This document shows positions 9,144-19,905 of a stretch of 64,000 nucleotides of DNA, piece by piece. The stretch's first letter is position 1. Every line of letters begins with the position of its first letter. The notes beneath the pieces are model-generated. The model did not search any database. It was given only the letters and a program-made list of their open reading frames with translations, and was not told the DNA's origin. The DNA lies in IMG/VR virus record IMGVR_UViG_3300027763_000032, positions 1 through 64,000 of that record; one strand, 5' to 3'. This DNA is from a virus. The position numbers were made by a program, and so were the translations under genes.

Positions 9144-12100
9144 ATGTCTGTGATTAGTGCTGACGCATTTAGAAGAATTGTTTTAGTTGATAACCTTGGT
9201 ACGACCCAACCCGTTTTACGAGCAGATGACCGTAATGACGTATTAACAATCCGTGCAGGCACTGGCATTTCAATTCAGAAAGATGAAGGAGATGTAAACG
9301 CCGGATTTACAATCTATAATACAGGTGAGCCGGGACCTACTAGTATTGACGATATACTAGAAATTCCAACAATTGGAGAACGTCCACAACCAGCGGGCGT
9401 AAGCTGGAAGCCAATGGAGCTTGGTAAGTTAACTGTTCAAGATTACTTGCCCGATAACCTAACAAAAACAACAAAGATGTTCTACACCGGACACGGTGTA
9501 CAGGCTCCTACTAACAGTAGTCTCTCCCTAACTGTTGCTGGTACAGGTACAGTTATTGTAGACGGCACTTCAGCATTGCGTTTGCCAGTTGGCGACATTG
9601 CTAGTCGTCCGGGAACTACAATCGGCACAGTACAAGCAGGTCAAATACGTTTCAATTCCGAGATACCAAGATTTGAAGGCTATGATGGTCGAGGTTGGAA
9701 CACTCTGGGTGGTGTAAGTAGTATTGATGGCGGTACAACTATTGCACCGGATCCTACATTACCCATACTAAACTTTAATGCTAACGGCTACCTAGTAGCC
9801 ACAATGAGTAGCTTAAACACAAAAATCTTTAGTCCGGGACTTGTAATCCCAACTGGAACTACTGCTGAACGTCCGCCTGCTATTGTTGGACAGATTCGTT
9901 TCAATACGCAAAACACTCAGTTTGAAGGATACAATGGTAGTGGTTGGTCAAGTCTAGGTGGGGTTCGAGACATTGATGGCAACACTTACATTGTTCCGGA
10001 ACTAGGCCCAGGTACAAATGAAAATACCCTATACTTTGTAACCAATGCTAATCTAGCTCTTACTCTAGACGGCAGTAGACTGTCTTTACAAAATGGTCGT
10101 TCTCTAATGTTTAGAGAAGGCATTGCCAGCGGCAATCAAACTGCAACTATTGCACCTCCAACAAATATTACATCAAGCTACACTCTTAAATTACCAACTA
10201 GTCTTGGATCAGCTGGTAGTGTATTAGGAGTTGATGGGTCAGGACAACTAGAATTTGTCAATGCTGATTCGAGTGCGGGTAGTAAGATTAACGTATCAGA
10301 ATTATTTGGTGATGACAACAATGATGGATTTAGTCGCCCTGTTAGAACATTAAAACGTGCTCTACAAATAGCATCAGGTTATGTTTATAGCCCAACATTT
10401 ATCTATGAAGAGGAAGTATGTCGACGTGACGCTGGACTTATTATTGACAGTTTGGGTTGGGACCTAGTAACAGATTCTAACTGGAGATCTTTAAAGAGCG
10501 GACTTACTTATTTTAATGCCACGGCATTGCCTGTTATAACAACTCAACGTCCCCAAACAATACAGGCTGTTTCTTTCTTAAAACGAAAAGTATTAGACCT
10601 AGTAACAAGTGAACCAACAGTTACTAGCACTCTTACAAGTTTATCAAATGAGATTATTGATATATTAACTAATGGTGTCGGCGCGGCCAATGCTGTATCA
10701 ATGCCTGCGCCTGCAGGTACACCTAGTGGTGTTGAAAACGCTAAGAACTTACTGTTAGCCAACACCAGTTTCTTAGTAGCAGAAACTATTGCATGGATCA
10801 ATTATCAAGCGGCAAATAATATTGCGCCATTTGACAAGAGCATTAGTTATGACGAGTCTAAATGTCGTAGAGATACCGGACTAATTTTAGATGCTGTTGG
10901 ATACGATCTAGCATTAGGTACAAACTATAATGCTGTAACTATCGGACTAGCATATCAAAGATATTCTTATACAACACTACCATCACAAAAAACAGTAACC
11001 CTTTCTGCTATACAATTTGCAAAAACTAATACTCTAGCACTTGCAGGAGTTAGTGCCGATGGAACTGCTACTACTAGGGCGGGTGCGGCATTTAATGAAA
11101 TTATTGACATTATAACCAATGGTGTAGTTCAAACTGCAACTGCCGCTGATGCATTAATATTCCCAACACCGACTGGAGCAAGCGCAAATAAAACTAATGC
11201 AAAAGATCAACTAATAGCCAATAAAGATTTCTTAAAAGCAGAAGTTATTGCATGGTTAAATTTAAACTACCCGTCTGTTGGTTTTGACCCTGCTTTATGC
11301 AGTCGAGATATGGGATACATTATTGATGCCCTATGCTATGATGTGTTGTATGGCGGCGATAGTGCAAGCATTCAAGTTGCTCAAACATATTTTACAGGCA
11401 GTGGCGCACAAGTATTACCATTGTTTCAAAGAGCCGCAACAGTTGCCGCATTTAATAGACTGTCAGAAATTGCTCAACAGGTTATTCTAAAAGACGAAGT
11501 AGTACCAACTGCTGGCAATACTGTCAGTCAAGATATTATTAACCCTGCAGGCACTACGACTGAATCAAATATTGTCTTTACACTAATTTCATATATTACT
11601 AGTTCTATTACTGGCAATACAACTGCGGGCCTACCTTCTCCAACATATCCATCAGTTACTTGGTCAGATGCCGGCCTACAAACTGCAAAGTCTGCTATTG
11701 CATCTGCTAGATCAACTATTATTAATGATACTATTATTAATATTAACGCTAGCAACCCGTTTACCTATGACAGTCCCAAGTGTGCTAGGGATACTGCCTT
11801 TATTGTCAACTCAGTCGCATACGATTTAATCTACGGTGGTAACAGTCAAAGTCGAGACGCTGGTTTAAAATATTATAGTAATGTAACTGGTCTAACTCTA
11901 ATTGGATCTCAAAATGCTCAAACAGCGGCGGCAATAGAAAGACTTAGAGCAGTTTCAATTCAAGTTGCACAAAATATTTCGATTGTTAAAACATCAGGTA
12001 ATGCACAAAATCAAGTATCGGGGTCTGCAGGCAGTAGCGGTGCGGCTGCAATTATTTCAGCAAGGCTATCAGAAATTATATCAGTTGTTAGTGCTGGAAC

Positions 12101-15100
12101 AAGTTATGCCCCAACATTGGTAGATCCAACAGTTGCAATAGATCCAGCATTAGGTCTCATACAAACAAAATTAGACAATGCTAAAGATCGTATTGCTGAT
12201 AACGTAGTTGCGTTTACTAGCAAATATAAACCAAATGGCAAGAAGATTGTTGTCCAAGTTGCGGCCGGTAACTATGTTGAAGACAATCCAGTTATCATTC
12301 CAGACAATACAAGCGTACTAGGCGCAAGTCTTCGTGCCTGTGACATTCGTCCGTTAAATGCTAACCAAGACATGTTCCGTTTACGTAACGGTGCATACTT
12401 TGGTGAGTTTACTTTCCGAGATGCAGTTGATGCGAGTGGCGTGCCAACATTCACTTTTGACTACGCTACTTCGTTTGATGATGCTACTGACATTTACACT
12501 AGTCGTCTTGGTTATACTAATATGCCTATTAGTAAACCTATTATTACTGTATCTCCATATATTCAAAACGTTTCCATCTTAAGTTTCTTAGGTGGTAACG
12601 GCGCAAAGGTTGACGGTAACCTAGTTGAAACTCCTAACATTCCGTTGATTAGAGAAACTGCTGAATTCCCATTAAGTGGTCCAGCACCTGAACAAGGTAA
12701 GTCATTTGTTGCTAACGCATTTACCACATTGAGCTTTGGCGGTACTGGCTGGCGTATTATTAACGATGCCTATGCTCAGATTGTGTCATGCTTCCAGATT
12801 TTCATGTTGAACGGTTCGTATGCTCAGTCAGGCGGATATCTATCTGTTACTAACTCTGCTACTAACTTTGGTATCTATGCGCTTCGTGCATCTGGTTACA
12901 GCCCAAATGCATTTGCCTTTGACAAAGGTTATATTGCATCAACTGGAACTAGCAACAGTAAACAGACTCTTACTACTCTAGGATTTGGTCGTGCGCCAAC
13001 ACAAGATTATGTTTTAAGATTTAGAAGCCCCGACTATAAGGTTGCCTATGACCTATTGTTAGCCAGCAAACTTGCAATACAGAACGCAACTATAACTTGG
13101 ATTAATTTAACATATCCAAGTTTAACATATAACAATGCAACTTGTTTTAGAGATGTTGGCCTGATCATTGATGCTGTAGCATATGATACATTCACAGGCG
13201 GTAATAGCAAGAGTGTAGAAGCCGCTACAAGTTACTATAAAGGCTCTACATCTAGTCAAATAGTTATAACTGGACAACTAACTGAAACCATTGCGGCAAT
13301 TAATTATGCTAGAAGTCTAGCGTTAACTGCTGTTTCTAATAGCGGACTAGGCACATATGTTGGCAGTAAGTTTGATATTATTACCAACGGCCTTGCAGAT
13401 CCGGCAGGAGTTCCTGTATCAGTTGGCTACGGTAATATTGGTGATATTACCAACAACTATAAACCAGCCGCAGTTAATGTATCATTTGATGCGGCAGTTA
13501 ATATAAATCCTGCTCTCGATACTATTACTGTTAATGCACACGGATTTACAAATGGTCAAGCAATTGTTTATCACGCAAATAACAATCCAGAAATTCCAGG
13601 ATTAAACAACGAACAAACTTACTATGTCAGTTATGTTGACCTTGATACCATTCGATTGACATTTGACGAAGGCGGAACTGTTCCTGTAGACATTAGAGCC
13701 ACAGGTGTTGGTACACATTTCTTCTTTAAAAATATTCAAGAGTTCTTTGTTGATGAAATACTTGAAAGTCATAACACCTATCAAGAACTAACTCTACAAG
13801 CTGGCTCATATAACTTTGTGCCAGGTAGTGAAATTACTGGCGTAACTGGCACTTCTAGTAACAATGCATTTGTGTATAGTTATGATCCAGTTAGCTATAA
13901 ACTAGTTGTTAGTCTAAACAAAGTTACTGTTGGTGCAAGTATTATTCGAAATGCCTTTGCGGCCAACAGTACTATTAATTCAGATAACGGTGCACCTGCT
14001 ACAACAAATATTGTAGTAAGTGATGTACTTGCTATCAATACATTATACTCTGCTAGATTTAGCGTACAGGGCACAACTGGAAACGGTCTACTAACTAACC
14101 TAGGTAATCTTCCAAATAAACAAATTTGGCTACATCGTCCAAGTATTGTTAACAGTTCTGGACACACTTGGGAATATGCTGGATCGGGGGTTGACTACAA
14201 TGCCCTACCACAAAACGGTGGACAAAGTATTTTCAAATATGAACAGTACAGTGATTTGCCAGGTCGAGTTTACTCTTCAGGTACTAACGAACTAGGTGAC
14301 TTTAAAGTTGGTGACTTCATTAAGGCTGAAAACAAAACTGGTAATGTTAGCTTTACCAACAAGGTATCAGTTGCACAGTTAGATGCACTACGTCTAGCGG
14401 TGGGTAATATTGTTATTGACTTTATCAGTGATGACGTTGACCTAGGTGATAATGAACCGGGTGGCGCAAGTAACAGTCGTCTAACAACACAGTTGGCTAT
14501 TCGTACATTCTTATCAAACAGACTAGGCGGATTCATTGACAAAGCTGTGAGTACTAACGCTGTTCCGGGTGCGGTTATTCAGCTGAACAGCTCTGGACAA
14601 ATTAATCCAGACTTGTTGCCTGCGGTACGTGCTTTCAACTCAGCTAAGAGCAAAGGCTTCTATAGTAGATTAAGTCTAGTTGAAGAAGTACCTGCTTACG
14701 ATTTCTTAAACGGTGACATTGTAACTGAAGAATATGCTACAGTACAGTTAACATTAAGTGCTCCTATCACTGCGCCTGTTGGCTCACTAGTTGTTCAAGC
14801 AACTACAGGTGCCAGTGGTTACCTAATTGGAGATGTGCTTGCTGAAACAGTTATCACAGTTGCCAGTGTAGGCGCATCTTTTAGTGCGGCATTTAATACA
14901 GTAGATAATTTAACAGTAGCTGGTGATGCTACACCTTCTACAGGCAACGGAGTCGTAAAGCCAAACTTGGTAGGTACCGTGGCTAGTAACGTGCCTGCAA
15001 ACTTTGTATTGTCAAATGCCAACGAAGGGCAATATTTAAATCTACGTGCAGATCAAAGTTACAGCTTTACCAACGGCACAATTGTTACCAGTGCTAATGA

Positions 15101-18100
15101 TAACGTACAAGGTAATGTTACATCTACAAGATTTGGAGTATTAGATACCGTAGACAACGGAAGCATTACTCCAGGAACATTGTATACTCCACTATCCGGA
15201 TCAGTTACATACTCTTATGTTACACTAACTAATATTTCAGGAACAGGTACTGGTGGTATTGCAGATATTACTGTAACCAATGGTGCTGTTAGCAGTGTTG
15301 ACTTACGTAGAGGCGGTACCGGTTATGCTGTAGGAGATGTTCTATCAGCGGCTAGCGGTACCATTGGCGGCACAGGTAGTGGCTTTAGAATCCCAGTAAC
15401 TGGTATCGAACAGCGTGTATACCTTAGCTTGCTAGGTGGCGAAAGATTTACTGCTACACTAGCAAGTCCAAACTTTATTGCTGATAATAATGCTCCAGTA
15501 AAAGCAATAACTGCTACCGGTACATCTACAAAAACATTTAGTGCTAATTCAATTGGTGGTAATGTAAACTATGTTACTAGTCGAATCACTATTACCGGCC
15601 ACACATATGCAGACGGCGATCCAGTAAAATATGTCAGCAGTCCAAACACTGCTATTGATCCGTTGGTCAATGCCGAAGTCTATTATGTAAATGTCTATGA
15701 TGCCAATACCATTGAACTGTACGAAGACTATGCATTGATACAAAAAGTTGTATTTACAAGTTCAAGTACTGGCAATCATACTCTAACAATCTTTAATGCC
15801 AACGTAATTGATAACTCATTCTATTATGCGGCACATGGATTAACTACAGGTGATCCATTAAGACTAACAGGATCAAGTTTACCATTAGTCGGCGGCTCTG
15901 CTATTGTTACTGGCACATTCTATTTTGCCGGTTCAATAACTGCAAACTCATTTACTATCCATGCATCAAGAAGCGAAGCATTGGCCAGTATTAACGGTCT
16001 TGTAACTAACAAGATTGTGTTCACTACTACTGGTAGCGGCACACTGACATTCACTAAACAAAACGTACAGGTATTTGGAACTGTAAACACTAGTTCTACA
16101 AACAAAGACAACTGGAGCTCATTGAGTGCTACCACTATTGATGCTTCAAGTATTACCGGTGGCGTTATCTCAACAAGTCGACTAGCTGGTACCGGTAGTG
16201 CTAATGATACTACATTCCTACGTGGTGATAGTTCATGGCGCACAGCAGTTCAAAGTATTAGAGAAGTCAGCACACCGTTGACATTTACTGGTTCTTATAA
16301 TACCGTCGGCGGTAACAATTATTACTATGGCGATGTACAATTAGACATTGAAAAAGTTGATAGCAACGGCGGTGACGACAACTACACTAATCTAGGTGTG
16401 TCTAAATTCCGTAAGACACAATTTGCTGTCGGAACTAGCGTTGCGGCAGGCGAAGTTTATATTAAAGACGGCGTAGTTGATGCAGGTACCTTAGACAGTT
16501 TAGACAGCGCATACTTCTTAAATCCTGCTAACCTAACTAGTAACGTGCCTGTTACACGTGGCGGAACTAATATTAGTTCGTATGCTGTGGGTGATTTATT
16601 GTATGCTAGTGCTACTAGTATTTTAAGTAAGGTAGCGATTGGGCCAGCTAATACCATATTAACCAGTGACGGCACTAAGCCTGCTTGGAGATCTAGTCTA
16701 ACAGTTGATGGTGCATTGACTATTGGCAGTCCGGCAGAACAAGCTCTTATTGTTACAACAGGCGGAGCTAACATTGGCGGCAACTTGTGGGTTGGTAAAA
16801 ATGGGTACATAACAGGCGATTTGAATGTTACTGGTAATGTAAACATTAAAGGTTCAATACTAACTATTAATTCAACTACAGTTAACGTTGACGATAAGAA
16901 TATTGAATTAGGCAGTGTATCTACACTATCAGATTTATCGGGTACTATTAGTGGAAACATAGTAGCAGGATTAATAGACACGTCCGGATTAACTAGCGGA
17001 ATGAGGTTGGTTAAAACTACTGGTACTGGTGCATTTGGCGGTACTACTGTCATTAATACTGTTGTTAACCCAACAACAATTACTGTAACTCCAACTACTG
17101 CAAACACAGATGGTACTATCACGTTTGATGTATTAACCGCAACTAATGCCACAGCAGACGGTGGCGGCATTACACTAAAAGGTACAACTGACAAAACATT
17201 CAATTGGGTCAACTCAACTAGCGCATGGACTTCGAGTGAGCACATGAATCTTGCCGCTGGTAAAGAATATCGAATTGGTGGAGTAACTGTACTAACAAGC
17301 ACAAGAGTATTAGGCAAGCTGCCTGGCGGAACTACTGCTGGCGATCTAGTTGACATTGATAGTACACAAACATTAACTAATAAAACTCTAACTAATCCTG
17401 TAATTAGTGGAACAACTACTAGCATCACTAACATCGGCACACTAGCAATAAGAGATGCCAGTGCGGCATATGATGTTACGCTTGCGGCCAACAGTTCAAC
17501 TGCCTTAACAGCAGGTCGTACATTGACTCTTGACATGGTCAATGCGGCAAGAACTATTAAGCTAGGTGGCAATTTAACTCTAGCCAATAACTTTACAACT
17601 GTTGGCAATGCTATAACATTAACAGTAAGTGGTGCAACTAACGTTACAGTACCAACTACAGGTACATTGGCTACCTTAGACGGTACAGAAACATTTACCA
17701 ATAAGACATTAACAAGCCCAGTGATTGGTACTATTGTTAATACAGGTACATTGACACTGCCAACAACTACAGATACTATTGTTGGTCGTGCTACTACTGA
17801 CACATTGTCCAACAAGACATTGACATTACCTAAGATTAATGACGCAAGTTCAGATCATACATATAATTTTGCGGTCAGCGAACTACCGGCTAATAGAACT
17901 ATAACATTGCCATTATTAACAGGTAATGATACATTTGCATTTACTGGACAAGCGCAGACATTTACTAATAAAACATTTACTGACGCTAGCACCTACTTCC
18001 AAGACGAAGCTGATAATCTTAAAAAATTACAGTTTCAACTAAGCGGAATTACTAGCGGAGTTACTCGTACATTAACTATTAATGATGTTAGCGGAACTAT

Positions 18101-19877
18101 TGTAACAACAGGCGACACTGGTTCTATTACCAGCACCATGATTGCCAATGACACTATTGTTAATGCTGATATTAACTCGGCTGCGGCCATTGCCTATAGT
18201 AAACTAAGTCTAGGCAATAGTATTGTCAATGCTGATGTAAGTAGCACAGCGGCAATTGCCTATAGCAAATTAAGTTTAGGTAATAGTATTGTCAATGCTG
18301 ATGTAAGTACTAGTGCGGCAATTGCCTATAGCAAATTAAATCTATCAGCAAGTATTGTCAATGCTGATATTAGCGCAACTGCCGCAATTGCAACAAGTAA
18401 AATTGCAGGCTTGGCAGCTTCAGCTACCACTGATACAACTAATGCTAGTAACATTACCAGTGGGTCGTTACCAAATGCACGCCTAACTAACAGTAGTATT
18501 ACTATTGGTACAACTCCAATTAGCTTAGGTAGTACAAGTACTACACTAGCAGGATTGACTAGTGTAACGGCAACAACATTTACTGGTTCGTTAAGTGGTA
18601 ATGCCAGTACAGTAACCAACGGTGTTGTTACTAGCGGCAGTTATAGTGATCCAAGTTGGTTGACCATCAGCAAGAGCAAAGTTGGGTTAGGCAACGTTGA
18701 CAACACCGCTGACGCTAATAAATCAGTTAACTATGCTACCAGCGCAGGTAGTGCGGGTAATGCAACCACAGCCGGCGGTCTAGCAGTAGCTACTGGCCGC
18801 AATAATAGTGCTAATCAAATTGTTCGTACAGATGGTAGTGGCTATTTACAAACAGGTTACATCAACTCTAGCAACGGTGACGAGGGCAACAACAGTAGTC
18901 CAAGTAGAGTCTGGGGTACAAATGGTAGTGATAGTTATCTACGTACATACTTAACTAGTGCGCTAAGTGTTAGCTATGCGGCATCTGCTGGTGCAGTAGC
19001 ATGGAGTGGCATAAGTGGCAAGCCGACCACAGTTAGTGGTTTTGGAATCACTGATGCAATTACTACAAGCAATATTGGTTCGCAATCAGTTAACTATGCT
19101 ACTAGTGCAGGTAGTGTAAGCGGTACGGTAGCTAACGCAACCAACGCTACCAACGCAACGTATGCAACCTATATTAATACAGATTCATATAATATGAAAC
19201 TGCATTGGAATGGACAAAGCGGGCAACCAACTTGGCTATGGGGTTCAAATAACGGAACAGATGCATATGTTTGGAACCCAAGTAACTTTAGTGTTAACTA
19301 TGCTACTACCGCAGGTAGTGCTCCGGCTAGTGACGTTTATAATTGGGCTAAACAACCTAATCCGCCTGCAAGTACATCTACCTTAGTAGGTGCTAGCGGA
19401 TATACTGCCGTATCAGGAACTGTTACCCTAGCAGGTGGCGGCGACACTAGTGTTACACAAAGTGGAAATACTATTACTATTAGCTCATTATCAACTGCGG
19501 TATACGCGGCTGACTTAGCTGAGAAATATCAGGCCGATGCAGACTACGAACCGGGTACTGTATTAATGTTTGGCGGTGAGTTTGAAGTTACAGTAGCAGA
19601 CGATGACACTATTCGCGTAGCTGGTATTGTATCCACAAACCCAGCTTACTTGATGAACAAGGGCCTAGATGGTGTTAATACTGTAGCGATTGCCCTACAA
19701 GGTCGTGTACCATGTAAGGTTAAGGGCAAGATCCGCAAGGGCGATATGCTAGTTGCCGCTGAAGGAGGGTATGCCCGTGCTACTGATAACCCACGATTGG
19801 GTGCTATTATTGGTAAAGCTCTAGAAAACTTTGACGGTGAAGAGGGTGTTATCGAAGTAGTTGTAGGAAGAATTTAA
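9144..19877 (+). CDS. giant tail-fibre-like virion protein (3577 aa): beta-helix core, helical repeats, C-terminal intramolecular chaperone
   Basis: GDDNNDG...TLKRA and VAAGNYVEDNPVIIP pectin-lyase-like elements; T/S/G/N-rich fibre repeats; C-terminal ADLAEKY...ALQGRVPCKV...IIGKAL chaperone-type domain. Confidence 0.85.
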   Translation: MSVISADAFRRIVLVDNLGTTQPVLRADDRNDVLTIRAGTGISIQKDEGDVNAGFTIYNTGEPGPTSIDDILEIPTIGERPQPAGVSWKPMELGKLTVQDYLPDNLTKTTKMFYTGHGVQAPTNSSLSLTVAGTGTVIVDGTSALRLPVGDIASRPGTTIGTVQAGQIRFNSEIPRFEGYDGRGWNTLGGVSSIDGGTTIAPDPTLPILNFNANGYLVATMSSLNTKIFSPGLVIPTGTTAERPPAIVGQIRFNTQNTQFEGYNGSGWSSLGGVRDIDGNTYIVPELGPGTNENTLYFVTNANLALTLDGSRLSLQNGRSLMFREGIASGNQTATIAPPTNITSSYTLKLPTSLGSAGSVLGVDGSGQLEFVNADSSAGSKINVSELFGDDNNDGFSRPVRTLKRALQIASGYVYSPTFIYEEEVCRRDAGLIIDSLGWDLVTDSNWRSLKSGLTYFNATALPVITTQRPQTIQAVSFLKRKVLDLVTSEPTVTSTLTSLSNEIIDILTNGVGAANAVSMPAPAGTPSGVENAKNLLLANTSFLVAETIAWINYQAANNIAPFDKSISYDESKCRRDTGLILDAVGYDLALGTNYNAVTIGLAYQRYSYTTLPSQKTVTLSAIQFAKTNTLALAGVSADGTATTRAGAAFNEIIDIITNGVVQTATAADALIFPTPTGASANKTNAKDQLIANKDFLKAEVIAWLNLNYPSVGFDPALCSRDMGYIIDALCYDVLYGGDSASIQVAQTYFTGSGAQVLPLFQRAATVAAFNRLSEIAQQVILKDEVVPTAGNTVSQDIINPAGTTTESNIVFTLISYITSSITGNTTAGLPSPTYPSVTWSDAGLQTAKSAIASARSTIINDTIININASNPFTYDSPKCARDTAFIVNSVAYDLIYGGNSQSRDAGLKYYSNVTGLTLIGSQNAQTAAAIERLRAVSIQVAQNISIVKTSGNAQNQVSGSAGSSGAAAIISARLSEIISVVSAGTSYAPTLVDPTVAIDPALGLIQTKLDNAKDRIADNVVAFTSKYKPNGKKIVVQVAAGNYVEDNPVIIPDNTSVLGASLRACDIRPLNANQDMFRLRNGAYFGEFTFRDAVDASGVPTFTFDYATSFDDATDIYTSRLGYTNMPISKPIITVSPYIQNVSILSFLGGNGAKVDGNLVETPNIPLIRETAEFPLSGPAPEQGKSFVANAFTTLSFGGTGWRIINDAYAQIVSCFQIFMLNGSYAQSGGYLSVTNSATNFGIYALRASGYSPNAFAFDKGYIASTGTSNSKQTLTTLGFGRAPTQDYVLRFRSPDYKVAYDLLLASKLAIQNATITWINLTYPSLTYNNATCFRDVGLIIDAVAYDTFTGGNSKSVEAATSYYKGSTSSQIVITGQLTETIAAINYARSLALTAVSNSGLGTYVGSKFDIITNGLADPAGVPVSVGYGNIGDITNNYKPAAVNVSFDAAVNINPALDTITVNAHGFTNGQAIVYHANNNPEIPGLNNEQTYYVSYVDLDTIRLTFDEGGTVPVDIRATGVGTHFFFKNIQEFFVDEILESHNTYQELTLQAGSYNFVPGSEITGVTGTSSNNAFVYSYDPVSYKLVVSLNKVTVGASIIRNAFAANSTINSDNGAPATTNIVVSDVLAINTLYSARFSVQGTTGNGLLTNLGNLPNKQIWLHRPSIVNSSGHTWEYAGSGVDYNALPQNGGQSIFKYEQYSDLPGRVYSSGTNELGDFKVGDFIKAENKTGNVSFTNKVSVAQLDALRLAVGNIVIDFISDDVDLGDNEPGGASNSRLTTQLAIRTFLSNRLGGFIDKAVSTNAVPGAVIQLNSSGQINPDLLPAVRAFNSAKSKGFYSRLSLVEEVPAYDFLNGDIVTEEYATVQLTLSAPITAPVGSLVVQATTGASGYLIGDVLAETVITVASVGASFSAAFNTVDNLTVAGDATPSTGNGVVKPNLVGTVASNVPANFVLSNANEGQYLNLRADQSYSFTNGTIVTSANDNVQGNVTSTRFGVLDTVDNGSITPGTLYTPLSGSVTYSYVTLTNISGTGTGGIADITVTNGAVSSVDLRRGGTGYAVGDVLSAASGTIGGTGSGFRIPVTGIEQRVYLSLLGGERFTATLASPNFIADNNAPVKAITATGTSTKTFSANSIGGNVNYVTSRITITGHTYADGDPVKYVSSPNTAIDPLVNAEVYYVNVYDANTIELYEDYALIQKVVFTSSSTGNHTLTIFNANVIDNSFYYAAHGLTTGDPLRLTGSSLPLVGGSAIVTGTFYFAGSITANSFTIHASRSEALASINGLVTNKIVFTTTGSGTLTFTKQNVQVFGTVNTSSTNKDNWSSLSATTIDASSITGGVISTSRLAGTGSANDTTFLRGDSSWRTAVQSIREVSTPLTFTGSYNTVGGNNYYYGDVQLDIEKVDSNGGDDNYTNLGVSKFRKTQFAVGTSVAAGEVYIKDGVVDAGTLDSLDSAYFLNPANLTSNVPVTRGGTNISSYAVGDLLYASATSILSKVAIGPANTILTSDGTKPAWRSSLTVDGALTIGSPAEQALIVTTGGANIGGNLWVGKNGYITGDLNVTGNVNIKGSILTINSTTVNVDDKNIELGSVSTLSDLSGTISGNIVAGLIDTSGLTSGMRLVKTTGTGAFGGTTVINTVVNPTTITVTPTTANTDGTITFDVLTATNATADGGGITLKGTTDKTFNWVNSTSAWTSSEHMNLAAGKEYRIGGVTVLTSTRVLGKLPGGTTAGDLVDIDSTQTLTNKTLTNPVISGTTTSITNIGTLAIRDASAAYDVTLAANSSTALTAGRTLTLDMVNAARTIKLGGNLTLANNFTTVGNAITLTVSGATNVTVPTTGTLATLDGTETFTNKTLTSPVIGTIVNTGTLTLPTTTDTIVGRATTDTLSNKTLTLPKINDASSDHTYNFAVSELPANRTITLPLLTGNDTFAFTGQAQTFTNKTFTDASTYFQDEADNLKKLQFQLSGITSGVTRTLTINDVSGTIVTTGDTGSITSTMIANDTIVNADINSAAAIAYSKLSLGNSIVNADVSSTAAIAYSKLSLGNSIVNADVSTSAAIAYSKLNLSASIVNADISATAAIATSKIAGLAASATTDTTNASNITSGSLPNARLTNSSITIGTTPISLGSTSTTLAGLTSVTATTFTGSLSGNASTVTNGVVTSGSYSDPSWLTISKSKVGLGNVDNTADANKSVNYATSAGSAGNATTAGGLAVATGRNNSANQIVRTDGSGYLQTGYINSSNGDEGNNSSPSRVWGTNGSDSYLRTYLTSALSVSYAASAGAVAWSGISGKPTTVSGFGITDAITTSNIGSQSVNYATSAGSVSGTVANATNATNATYATYINTDSYNMKLHWNGQSGQPTWLWGSNNGTDAYVWNPSNFSVNYATTAGSAPASDVYNWAKQPNPPASTSTLVGASGYTAVSGTVTLAGGGDTSVTQSGNTITISSLSTAVYAADLAEKYQADADYEPGTVLMFGGEFEVTVADDDTIRVAGIVSTNPAYLMNKGLDGVNTVAIALQGRVPCKVKGKIRKGDMLVAAEGGYARATDNPRLGAIIGKALENFDGEEGVIEVVVGRI
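10404..13420 (+). repeat. five ~150-aa helical repeats with C-x-R-D core (fibre 1)
   Basis: Units start at 10404, 10848, 11283, 11766 and 13128: VCRRDAGLIID, KCRRDTGLILD, LCSRDMGYIID, KCARDTAFIVN, TCFRDVGLIID. Confidence 0.85.
18156..18407 (+). repeat. tandem 66-nt / 22-aa repeat x4 (IVNADxSxxAAIAYSKLxLxxS)
   Basis: Units at 18156, 18222, 18288 and 18354. Confidence 0.9.
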
Positions 19878-19880
19878 ACG

Positions 19881-19887
19881 ATAAATA
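19881..19887 (+). promoter_or_regulatory. late promoter motif ATAAATA
   Basis: Upstream of 19906. Confidence 0.7.
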
Positions 19888-19905
19888 TTCTAAAGAGAAC
19901 TGATT

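Noticed and set aside
16457-17815. 452-aa antisense ORF inside fibre 1, plus many other V/T/P-rich antisense ORFs in the track
   Set aside because: Shadow frames produced by the Thr/Gly/Asn/Val codon bias of the fibre genes; no RBS, promoter or motif.
18156-18407. Possible CRISPR-like array
   Set aside because: In-frame coding tandem repeat without unique spacers; no cas genes.
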